Assembly: GCA_965226375.1 (NCBI GenBank)
Contig: CBDDCX010000007.1
Coordinates: forward strand, 352,001 to 416,000
From: Longimicrobiales bacterium
Lineage (GTDB): Bacteria > Gemmatimonadota > Gemmatimonadetes > Longimicrobiales > Gaopeijiaceae
Direction: 5' to 3'
DNA: 64,000 nucleotides
Part shown: piece by piece, positions 20,190 through 28,446 of the stretch
How positions within the stretch are numbered: the first letter of the stretch is position 1
How the letters are laid out: each line of letters starts with the position of its first letter
The notes under the pieces: model-generated
The model's input: only the letters and a program-made list of their open reading frames with translations
Database searches by the model: none
What the model was told of the DNA's origin: nothing
Program-made: the position numbers and the translations under genes

Positions 20190-20200
20190 GGGTAGGTATC

Positions 20201-21586
20201 ATGGGCGCATCCGACGCCCCGTGCGTGCTGGTCGCCGACGACCAGGCTGACGTCTTGGAAGCGCTCCGCCTCCTTCTGAAGGGCGAGGGGTTCGACGTGG
20301 TCACGCTGAGCTCACCCGCCGGCGTTCTGTCGAGCGTCGAAGAGAAGGATTTCGACGCCATCTTGATAGATCTCAACTACACACGCGACACGACGTCCGG
20401 CGAAGAGGGCATGGACCTGCTCACGCAACTCCGCAGTCTCGACGATACTCTTCCGGTTCTGGTGATGACGGCCTGGAGCAGCGTGGACGGGGCGGTTGAG
20501 GCGATGCGTCGAGGGGCGAGAGACTACGTCGAGAAGCCTTGGAACAACGAACGGCTGGTCAAGACCCTCAGGACCCAGATCGAGCTCGGCAGGGCTCTGC
20601 GCCGTGGTCAGCTCCTGGAAGACGAGAATCGGCATCTGCGGGGCAAGGACACACCCGACTTCATCGCTCAGTCCAAGTCTATGGAGCCCGTGCTCCGCAT
20701 CATGGAGCGTGTGGGACCTTCCGAGGCCAACGTGCTCATTACAGGAGAGCACGGGACCGGCAAAGAGGTGGTCGCACGCTGGCTCCATGCCGTGTCGGAG
20801 CGCGCGAAGAATACCCTGGTCGTCGTCAACGTAGGAGGGTTCTCGGAGGGAGTGTTCGAGAGTGAACTCTTCGGCCATGTGAAGGGAGCCTTCACCGATG
20901 CCAAGACCGACCGAATCGGGTGTTTCGAGCTGGCCCATCGGGGCACGCTTTTCCTGGATGAGATCGCCAACATCTCCCGACAGCAGCAGGCCAAACTGCT
21001 CCGGGTCCTGGAGTCCGGCGAGATTCAGAGGGTCGGATCTTCCAAGATCCGCCATGTGGACGTCCGGATCCTTTCGGCCACCAACGCAAAGCTCTCTGAA
21101 CTCGTGGCCTCGGGCGAATTTCGGGAGGATCTCCTCTATCGGCTGAATACCGTCGAGATCGCACTGCCTGCCCTTCGGGAGCGCAAGGAGGACATACCCA
21201 GCCTGGCCCTCCACTTTCTGGAGCGGCAGCGCTCCCGTTACGGTCGCAAGGTCGAAGGCTTTGCAGACGACGCGATGCAGGCACTGATCAGTCACCCGTG
21301 GCCCGGAAACGTGCGAGAGCTCGAGCACGCCGTCGAGCGGGCTATCTTGATGGCCCAGGCCGATCGCATTTGCGCTGAGGACCTCGGGCTTCGGAGGCGC
21401 GCTGAAGGCGGCACCCAGATGGAAGACCTCACGTTGGATGAGGCGGAGCAGATCCTCATCGAGAGGGCCTTGAGCCGGAACGACGGTAACGTGTCCAAGG
21501 CGGCCGACGAGCTCGGACTGAGTCGTAGCGCCCTCTATCGACGCCTTCAGCGCTATGGTCTCGGCGGCGAGCCGGAGACTGCATGA
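20201..21586 (+). CDS. NtrC-family sigma54-dependent response regulator
   Basis: REC (VADD, D-acceptor, EKP), GEHGTGKE, ESELFGHVKGAFTDA, LFLDEI, WPGNVREL, Fis-type HTH. Confidence 0.95.
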   Translation: MGASDAPCVLVADDQADVLEALRLLLKGEGFDVVTLSSPAGVLSSVEEKDFDAILIDLNYTRDTTSGEEGMDLLTQLRSLDDTLPVLVMTAWSSVDGAVEAMRRGARDYVEKPWNNERLVKTLRTQIELGRALRRGQLLEDENRHLRGKDTPDFIAQSKSMEPVLRIMERVGPSEANVLITGEHGTGKEVVARWLHAVSERAKNTLVVVNVGGFSEGVFESELFGHVKGAFTDAKTDRIGCFELAHRGTLFLDEIANISRQQQAKLLRVLESGEIQRVGSSKIRHVDVRILSATNAKLSELVASGEFREDLLYRLNTVEIALPALRERKEDIPSLALHFLERQRSRYGRKVEGFADDAMQALISHPWPGNVRELEHAVERAILMAQADRICAEDLGLRRRAEGGTQMEDLTLDEAEQILIERALSRNDGNVSKAADELGLSRSALYRRLQRYGLGGEPETA

Positions 21587-22971
21587 AACGGTGGTGGGAG
21601 CATGTCCGCCATGACTACCGTATCGTCCTGTTGGTTCTCCTCGGGGGCCTGCCGGGAATGGCCCTCGCCCTCGGCTTTCTGTGGTTGGGACCCTACTCCG
21701 CCCGCCTCCAGTGGACTCTTTCCGTGTTGTTGTTCGGGAGTTGGTTCGGTTTCACTTATGCGGTGCGCGAACGGGTCGTCCGTCCTCTCCAGACTCTCTC
21801 CAACATGTTGGCGGCGCTCCGGGAGGGAGATTTCTCGATACGGGTGAGGGGAGCCGGCACCAAGGGTCCTCTGGCCATCGCCTATCTGGAGGCGAACGCC
21901 CTAGAGGAGGTTCTCCGAGAGCAGAGGCTCGGGGCGGTCGAGGCTACGGTGCTCCTGCGCAAGGTCCTGGAGGAGGTGGACCTCGCCGTGTTCGCGTTCG
22001 ACGAGGACGAGACCCTCCGGTTGCTCAATCGGGCCGGCGAGAGGCTCGTGGGCCAGCCGAGCGAGCGTGTGATCGGGATGTCCGCAACCGAACTCCGCCT
22101 GCATGAAACGCTGTATGGCGTGGCACCGCGGACACTGGAGCTCAGCCATCCCGGCGGCACGGGGCGCTGGGAACTGCGCCGGACGATCGTGCGGCAGGAG
22201 GGACAGCCTCTCCGCCTTATCGTGCTCGCCGACCTCCGTCGGGCACTGAGGGAGGAAGAGCGTCAGGCTTGGAAGAGGATCATCCGGGTGTTGAGCCACG
22301 AGATCAACAACTCGCTGGCGCCGATCAAGTCCATTGCCGGTAGCCTGCAGAGCCTCACGCAGCGCAAGGCCCTCCCCGCCGAGATCGAGGAGGACGTGGG
22401 CAGCGGGCTCAAGGTCATCTCGAGCAGGGCGGAGGCCCTGGGCCGATTCATGGCCTCGTACGCTCAGCTCGCCAGGCTCCCCGAGCCCCATCTCGGACCG
22501 GTAGAGGTCGGTGCTCTCGTGCGACGCATCGTGGCCGTCGAGACCCGCATGGAGGTGGGGGTCGATCCGGGACTGGACCTCACGGTTCAGGCGGATGCGG
22601 ACCAGCTGGAGCAGCTTCTTATCAACTTGGTCCGAAACGCGGTCGACGCGTCACTCGAAACGAACGGCCGAGTCAAGCTGGTCTGGCAGCTCAGGGGGAA
22701 TCACCTCCACGTACTGGTGGAGGACGAGGGACCCGGACTCACGGGAGATACGGGTAATCTCTTCGTGCCGTTCTACACGACGAAGCCGGGGGGAAGCGGA
22801 ATCGGCCTGGCCCTCTGTCGCCAGATCGCCGAGGGGCACGGGGGCACTTTGACTCTGGAGAACCGAGCGAGTGGCAGAGGCGCTCGGGCTCGTCTCACGA
22901 TTCCACTCGACTTGGGATCTTCCACGGCGGTGGCGTCGCTGGCAGCCACGACACCCCAGGGGTCCGACTAG
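21583..22971 (+). CDS. Sensor histidine kinase (2 TM, HAMP/PAS-like)
   Basis: LSHEINNSLAP (H box), NLVRNA, DEGPG, FVPFYTTKPGGSGIGL; ATGA overlap with the regulator. Confidence 0.93.
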   Translation: MKRWWEHVRHDYRIVLLVLLGGLPGMALALGFLWLGPYSARLQWTLSVLLFGSWFGFTYAVRERVVRPLQTLSNMLAALREGDFSIRVRGAGTKGPLAIAYLEANALEEVLREQRLGAVEATVLLRKVLEEVDLAVFAFDEDETLRLLNRAGERLVGQPSERVIGMSATELRLHETLYGVAPRTLELSHPGGTGRWELRRTIVRQEGQPLRLIVLADLRRALREEERQAWKRIIRVLSHEINNSLAPIKSIAGSLQSLTQRKALPAEIEEDVGSGLKVISSRAEALGRFMASYAQLARLPEPHLGPVEVGALVRRIVAVETRMEVGVDPGLDLTVQADADQLEQLLINLVRNAVDASLETNGRVKLVWQLRGNHLHVLVEDEGPGLTGDTGNLFVPFYTTKPGGSGIGLALCRQIAEGHGGTLTLENRASGRGARARLTIPLDLGSSTAVASLAATTPQGSD

Positions 22972-22996
22972 ACCTCCCCCGGCGTCCTCAGCGTGC

Positions 22997-23575
22997 TCAC
23001 GGCGTCCGTGCCACGACCTCCAGAAGCGCGCTGATCTCTTCGATCGAGGCGTCATGAAGGAAACTCTCGGCTATCCGCCCATTCCGGTCGATCAGGAAGG
23101 TGCGAGCCGAATGGTCGAACATCGAGTCATCCTCCACGCTTTGTTCGAAGTAAACTCCATACGGATCCGCCACGCTTCGGATCTCGTCGATGGTGCCGCG
23201 GAGCCCGATGAAGCTCGGATCGACGGCTCCCAGGTATTGGGCCAGACGCTCCGCCGAGTCCCTCTCCGGGTCTACGGTGACAAAGAGAACGTTGGCCGCA
23301 TAAGCGTTTCTGGCGTTCGCTTCGGCGAGCTTGGCCAGCGTGAGCGGGCAGACGTCGGGGCAGTGGGTGTATCCGAAGAAGATGGCCACCGCCTCACCCT
23401 CGAAATCGGATAGCGAAACGCTGCGACCGGTGGGGCTCGTGAGGGTGAAGTCCGGGGCAGGATAGGGCTGGAATCCCGTGGAAACCGCAGGGCCCTGCCC
23501 TCGGGGCCACACCACGGCCAAGGCCACGACGAGACCTGCGAGAGTGCCAATGAGGACTTGGACGAGGCGTTTCAT
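22997..23575 (-). CDS. SCO family copper chaperone
   Basis: FFGYTHCPDVCP, VTVDPERD, DHS. Confidence 0.92.
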   Translation of the reverse strand: MKRLVQVLIGTLAGLVVALAVVWPRGQGPAVSTGFQPYPAPDFTLTSPTGRSVSLSDFEGEAVAIFFGYTHCPDVCPLTLAKLAEANARNAYAANVLFVTVDPERDSAERLAQYLGAVDPSFIGLRGTIDEIRSVADPYGVYFEQSVEDDSMFDHSARTFLIDRNGRIAESFLHDASIEEISALLEVVARTP

Positions 23576-23683
23576 GGGGAGTCCACCAGAGGAGGCGGAC
23601 AGGCTTCGATGGGAGGACGTTTCCGGGTGGCACAGGCTCTTGGATGCTTACCGCGCGAAGCGTATGGTTCGACCACGCATCCC

Positions 23684-23712
23684 GCAACGCTTCTGGGGAA
23701 CGCTGTGTCGAA
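23684..23712 (+). promoter_or_regulatory. Possible ECF-sigma autoregulatory promoter
   Basis: GCAAC-N17-TGTCGAA about 50 bp before the sigma gene; fits the AAC...GTC ECF pattern. Confidence 0.35.
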
Positions 23713-23758
23713 CAGTCGGAACAGAAAAACACGGGCGGAAGACAAGAGGCCAGGCGCT

Positions 23759-24298
23759 TTGAGCGAGCACGAACTGATCGAGCGATCACGACAGGGAGAG
23801 CATGCCGCTTTCCGGGAGCTCTACAACAGCAATGTCGATCGCATCTACCGCCTGACCTCCCGCATGGCCGGGGACGACGATCTGGCGCGTGACTTCACGC
23901 AGGAGGCGTTCGTGCGGGCCTACCAGAAGCTCGACCAGTTCAGGGAAGATGCCTCCTTTTCGACGTGGCTGCACTCCATCGCGGTCTCCGTGACGCTGAA
24001 TGGGCTCAGAAAGGTTCAGCGCAGCCGGTTGAGGGAACGGACGCTCGACGAGGCTCCGTACCTCACGGCCCCGCAGACAACGGCGGAGCCGGACATGAAA
24101 AGCAGGTTGAAGGAAGCTATCGACGGCCTTCCGGAGCTATACAGGACGGTGTTCTTGATGCACGACCTCGAGGGGTACAGCCACAACGAGATCGCTACCA
24201 CGCTCGACGTGGCAGAGGGGACCTCGAAGGCACGGCTGTCCAGGGCGCGCGCCAAGCTGCGGGACATGCTGGGCGACTTCGCAGAGGAGTACGCGTGA
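23759..24298 (+). CDS. ECF RNA polymerase sigma factor
   Basis: AAFRELY, DFTQEAFVRAY, FSTWLHSIA, LEGYSHNEIA, GTSKARLSRAR; start estimated at TTG. Confidence 0.92.
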   Translation: MSEHELIERSRQGEHAAFRELYNSNVDRIYRLTSRMAGDDDLARDFTQEAFVRAYQKLDQFREDASFSTWLHSIAVSVTLNGLRKVQRSRLRERTLDEAPYLTAPQTTAEPDMKSRLKEAIDGLPELYRTVFLMHDLEGYSHNEIATTLDVAEGTSKARLSRARAKLRDMLGDFAEEYA

Positions 24299-24339
24299 GA
24301 AGCATCGACGGAGGAGCGACCACGGAGGAGCGACGACGG

Positions 24340-25128
24340 ATGAATGACGACGGATTCATGAAACGGTTCGAAGCCATGCGAGAGGCCTATCACGCCCCGC
24401 CGGCAACGCCGCGGGACGAGATCTGGGACACGATCGAATCAACGTTGGCTCAGGCCTCGCCCGAGGAGGTTCTGACGAGCATGAGAGAAGAGTATCAGAG
24501 TCCTCCGGAGACACCGCGGGAGGAGATGTGGAGCGCCGTCGAAGCCGCGCTCCCAAGCGCCCCGAGTGAACCCGCAGACGTCATCTCTCTCGGCAAGGCG
24601 CGCCAGAGCAGGGAGGCGCGCAAGCCCGTTTGGCGTCGGCAGTGGACGGCGGTGGCTACAGCCGCGGCGGCGCTGCTGGTGCTGGGCGTCGGACTCGGAC
24701 GGATGTCGGTGGAGCCCGTTGAGACGCCTGTAGAGTTGGCGGCCAACGATGTGGCGCCCACGGCGGAGCGCTCCTTCCAGGCCGTGGCGGTGGAATACCT
24801 CACGCGCACCGAGTCCGTTCTGACCATGGTGAGTTCGGATGCGCGGGCCGGAAGAATCGACGCGGAGGTCAGTCAGTGGGGACGTACGCTGCTGCTGCAG
24901 ACGCGCTTGCTGCTCGACTCACCTGCGGCGCAGGACCAGGTCCTCCGGGAGCTGTTGGAAGACCTCGAGGTGATCCTCATTCAGGTGGCTCGGCTGTCTC
25001 CGGGCCAGTTCGACGAAAGAGTCCAAAATGATGAGTTGGATTTCATCAACGAAGGGCTCGACGATAACGACATGATGCTGCGGATTCGGTCGGTGATTCC
25101 GACCGGGGCCATCCAGGCTGGAATCTAG
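24340..25128 (+). CDS. Putative membrane anti-sigma factor
   Basis: Follows the ECF sigma; cytoplasmic PxTPRxExW motif twice, single TM (AAAALLVLGVGLG), helical periplasmic part (TRLLLDSPA, LLEDLE). Confidence 0.7.
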   Translation: MNDDGFMKRFEAMREAYHAPPATPRDEIWDTIESTLAQASPEEVLTSMREEYQSPPETPREEMWSAVEAALPSAPSEPADVISLGKARQSREARKPVWRRQWTAVATAAAALLVLGVGLGRMSVEPVETPVELAANDVAPTAERSFQAVAVEYLTRTESVLTMVSSDARAGRIDAEVSQWGRTLLLQTRLLLDSPAAQDQVLRELLEDLEVILIQVARLSPGQFDERVQNDELDFINEGLDDNDMMLRIRSVIPTGAIQAGI

Positions 25129-25133
25129 GAGGG

Positions 25134-26504
25134 ATGATGAGAACGTCCACGAAGCTGGCGTTGACGGGAATGGTGTTTTTCGGACTGGTGACCTCAGCCG
25201 TGGCCCAGGAGTCGTCGGTAGGCAGGGCGGGAAACGGGCTCCGAGCGGCGGCGGTGGCTGTCGAGCTTCAGGCCGATACCGCGGAAGCGGTCTACAGGGA
25301 CGCCCGGCGGGCACTGAACAGGTCAGAGTTCCGTGAGGCTGCCCGCCTCTTCCGGCAACTCCGGCGCGACTATCCGACCTCGGACTATGTCGGTGATTCC
25401 TACTACTTCGAGGCTTTCGCACTGTATCGAGACGGTAGGATGAGCGGCATGGAGAGAGCGCTCGATCTGCTGGCCCAACAGGCCGACGGATATCCCGATG
25501 CCTCCACGCGTGAAGACGCCCCCTCTCTGCGGGTGCAGATCGAAGGCGCTCTGGCACGGAGGGGTAACCGCGAAGCGGGCCGGAGGGTACAGGAACGGGC
25601 TTCGGAATCGGGTGAGTGCGGGGATCAGGAGCTCCGCACGATGGCCCTGAATGCGCTGTTGAACATGAATGCGGAGCGGGCGCTACCGATCCTCAAGGAG
25701 GTCCTGGAGACCCGCGACGAATGCTCCGTGGAGCTGCGCCGGCAGGCCGTGTTCCTCGTCTCCCAGCACATGACGAGCGAGACGGTGGACATCTTGCTCG
25801 ATCTTGCGCACCGGAACCCCGACCCGGACTCCGAGGTCCGCGAGCAGGCCGTCTTCTGGCTCTCCCAGGTGGACTCACCGGAAGCTATCGACGCCCTCGA
25901 GAACATCCTCAGGACATCGGACGATCGTGAGATCCAGGAGAAGGCGATCTTCGCCCTGTCCCAGCACTCGGGCACGCGATCCACGGACATCCTCAAGGAG
26001 TACGCGGAGCGCAGGGATGTACCGGAAGAGCTCCGGGAGAACGCCATATTCTGGCTCGGCCAGAGCCCGGGAGGTGGGGAGTACCTGCGTGAGCTCTACG
26101 CCAGCGCGGACAGTGAGACCCTGAAGGAAAAGATCATCTTCGGTGTGGCGCAGTCCGGAGACCGAGCGGACGGTGCTTGGCTCCTGGAACGGGCGTTGGA
26201 CCGGGGGGAGCCGATCGATGTGCGAAAGAACGCCCTCTTCTGGGCGGGTCAGATGGGCATGGATGTCGGCCGGCTGGCGGAGCTTTACTCGAGCGTGACG
26301 GATCGTGAGATGAAGGAGCAGATCATCTTTGTGCTCTCCCAGAGCTCCGACGAGCGCGAGGCCGTGGACCAGCTCATGCAGATCGCACGGGAAGAGCAGG
26401 ATACGGAGCTCCAGAAGAATGCGATCTTCTGGCTCGGCCAGATGGACGACGACCGTGTGCCCGAGTTTCTGCTTGATCTGATCCGTGGCGGAGGTGCTCG
26501 ATGA
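25134..26504 (+). CDS. Secreted TPR-like plus HEAT-repeat protein
   Basis: Signal peptide, YPTSDYVGDSYY (TPR-like), repeated EVREQAVFWLSQ / EKAIFALSQ / NAIFWLGQ units. Confidence 0.85.
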   Translation: MMRTSTKLALTGMVFFGLVTSAVAQESSVGRAGNGLRAAAVAVELQADTAEAVYRDARRALNRSEFREAARLFRQLRRDYPTSDYVGDSYYFEAFALYRDGRMSGMERALDLLAQQADGYPDASTREDAPSLRVQIEGALARRGNREAGRRVQERASESGECGDQELRTMALNALLNMNAERALPILKEVLETRDECSVELRRQAVFLVSQHMTSETVDILLDLAHRNPDPDSEVREQAVFWLSQVDSPEAIDALENILRTSDDREIQEKAIFALSQHSGTRSTDILKEYAERRDVPEELRENAIFWLGQSPGGGEYLRELYASADSETLKEKIIFGVAQSGDRADGAWLLERALDRGEPIDVRKNALFWAGQMGMDVGRLAELYSSVTDREMKEQIIFVLSQSSDEREAVDQLMQIAREEQDTELQKNAIFWLGQMDDDRVPEFLLDLIRGGGAR

Positions 26505-28444
26505 ATCGGAGGACGAGCGTGCCCGCCGCCCGCGTACGGCAGCGTGCTGGACTCCGGGTGGTCGCTGTGACGCTCGCGCTTGCAGCGAGCCTCGGAGTGA
26601 TGGCCGGCTCGGCGTCGGGCCAGTCGCTCGAAGATGAGGTGCGCGGGGCGCAGGACGGGTCAGTGGTCTTCGAGTACGCCACACACCACGACGTAGAGCT
26701 CTGTGGCGACGGAGGTATGAATTGGGGAGGCTCCTGGACTCGACTGGGGCGGCATCGCGACGACTGCTCGGTAGGCGTGGCCCAGGCCGAGTTGCGGGTG
26801 CGTGACGGTGTGGTCACCGACATCGCACTGGGGCCGCCGTCCGGAGGCCGAGCATCGAGGGAGAACACGCGTCTCGGTGAGCGGGATCCGCAGGAGGTTG
26901 CCGACTTTTTCCTGGTGCTGGCCCGCACCAGCTCACGTCGAGAGGTGGCGGAAGATGCGCTCATGCCGGCCGTCATCGCCGACGGTGTGACCGTGTGGCG
27001 GGAGCTCGACGGTATCGTCCGCGACGAGGATCTGGGTGATGACGTGCGGGAATCGGCCGTTTTCTGGCTCTCACAGGTGGAAGATGAGCGGGCCCTGGAC
27101 GCCCTGGTGTCGATCCTGGAGGACAGCCGCGATCCCGAGATCCAGGAGAAAGCCGTCTTCGGCATCTCGCAGCACGACAGTCCGCGCTCCACCGAGATGC
27201 TCAAGAATGACGCCGGTGACTCGGGAGCTCCGGACGACATTCGGGAAAACGCCATCTTCTGGCTCGGCCAGAGCGATGGAGGCGGCGAATATCTCCGGGA
27301 CCTGTACGGCAGTGTCGAGAGGCGATCGCTTAAGGAGAAGATCATCTTCGGCGTCTCCCAGTCCGGCGACGATGCCGATGCCGAGTGGCTCATCGACCGG
27401 GCCCTCGATCCCGGCGAGTCCACCGAGGTGCGCAAGAACGCGCTCTTCTGGGCGGGTCAGACCGGCGTGGAGGCGAGTCGTTTGGCGGGCCTCTACGAGG
27501 ACGTATCCGACCACGAGCTGAAAGAGCAGATCATCTTCGCCCTCTCGCAGAGCTCGCACGAACGGGACGCGGTTCTCGTGGAGGCCGAGGCGACACATCT
27601 CGATCCCCTCAAGGGTGCGTTCGAGAGTGCGTCTGGACCGTCCGTGGAAGTCGAATGGGCGGCGGGGATGTCTAAGGCTCTCAAGGCTCTCTCCCGGGGG
27701 GGCATCGACGCCGTGATCCTCGATCCGGAGCTTCCCGACAGCCAGGGGCTGACGAGCTTCGAGCGTATGTACGCGTTCGCCCCCGACGTTCCGATCATCG
27801 TCCTCACCGAGGATGACGACCAGGATCTGGCGGTTCGGACGGTGCAGGGCGGAGCGCAAGACTGCATGACGATGCGAGAGGCGGAACCCAACGTTCTGGT
27901 ACGTACGGTACGTTATGCCATCGAGCGTCACCGGCTGCTCTCGGCTCTGCGCAGCCTGTCCCTGATCGATGACCTGACCAGCCTCTACAACCGGCGTGGA
28001 TTCAAGGACTTGGGCGAGCAGTATCTGAAGTTGGCCCGCCGCACGTCCAAAGGTGTGTCGCTCGTCTATGTGGATATCGACCGCTTCAAGACGATCAACG
28101 ACACCTTGGGGCATCACGTGGGGGATCGTGCGCTGCGATACGTGGCCGATACCCTTCGGGCGACGTTTCGACGTTCGGATATCATCGCTCGGATGGGTGG
28201 GGACGAATTCGCTGTCCTGGCCATGGAGGCGACGAGTGAAGACACGGCTCAGCTCGTCGCACGACTTCGTGCGGAGCTGGACGAGCTCAACGATCACACC
28301 AAAGAGCAGTTCCAACTCTCGCTGAGCGTCGGCACGACGCGGTATGTCGGAGAGGACGTCACGAGCCTCGACGATCTTCTCACCAGAGCGGACGCCGCGA
28401 TGTATGCCGAGAAGCGTGACAAGAGAAGGGCCATGGTGCCCTGA
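26501..28444 (+). CDS. HEAT-repeat protein fused in frame to degenerate REC and GGDEF diguanylate cyclase
   Basis: Signal peptide, HEAT repeats to about 27574, then VILDPELPDSQG...GAQD, then DDLTSLYNRR, DIDRFKTIND, RRSD I-site, GGDEF. Confidence 0.8.
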   Translation: MNRRTSVPAARVRQRAGLRVVAVTLALAASLGVMAGSASGQSLEDEVRGAQDGSVVFEYATHHDVELCGDGGMNWGGSWTRLGRHRDDCSVGVAQAELRVRDGVVTDIALGPPSGGRASRENTRLGERDPQEVADFFLVLARTSSRREVAEDALMPAVIADGVTVWRELDGIVRDEDLGDDVRESAVFWLSQVEDERALDALVSILEDSRDPEIQEKAVFGISQHDSPRSTEMLKNDAGDSGAPDDIRENAIFWLGQSDGGGEYLRDLYGSVERRSLKEKIIFGVSQSGDDADAEWLIDRALDPGESTEVRKNALFWAGQTGVEASRLAGLYEDVSDHELKEQIIFALSQSSHERDAVLVEAEATHLDPLKGAFESASGPSVEVEWAAGMSKALKALSRGGIDAVILDPELPDSQGLTSFERMYAFAPDVPIIVLTEDDDQDLAVRTVQGGAQDCMTMREAEPNVLVRTVRYAIERHRLLSALRSLSLIDDLTSLYNRRGFKDLGEQYLKLARRTSKGVSLVYVDIDRFKTINDTLGHHVGDRALRYVADTLRATFRRSDIIARMGGDEFAVLAMEATSEDTAQLVARLRAELDELNDHTKEQFQLSLSVGTTRYVGEDVTSLDDLLTRADAAMYAEKRDKRRAMVP

Positions 28445-28446
28445 TC

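Noticed and set aside
23965..24339. N-terminal extension of the anti-sigma ORF
   Set aside because: It overlaps the sigma gene out of frame; GGAGG supports ATG at 24340
25840..27575. Recurrent DNA repeats suggesting a CRISPR-like array
   Set aside because: They are degenerate coding HEAT-repeat paralogy, with no constant repeat-spacer structure and no cas genes
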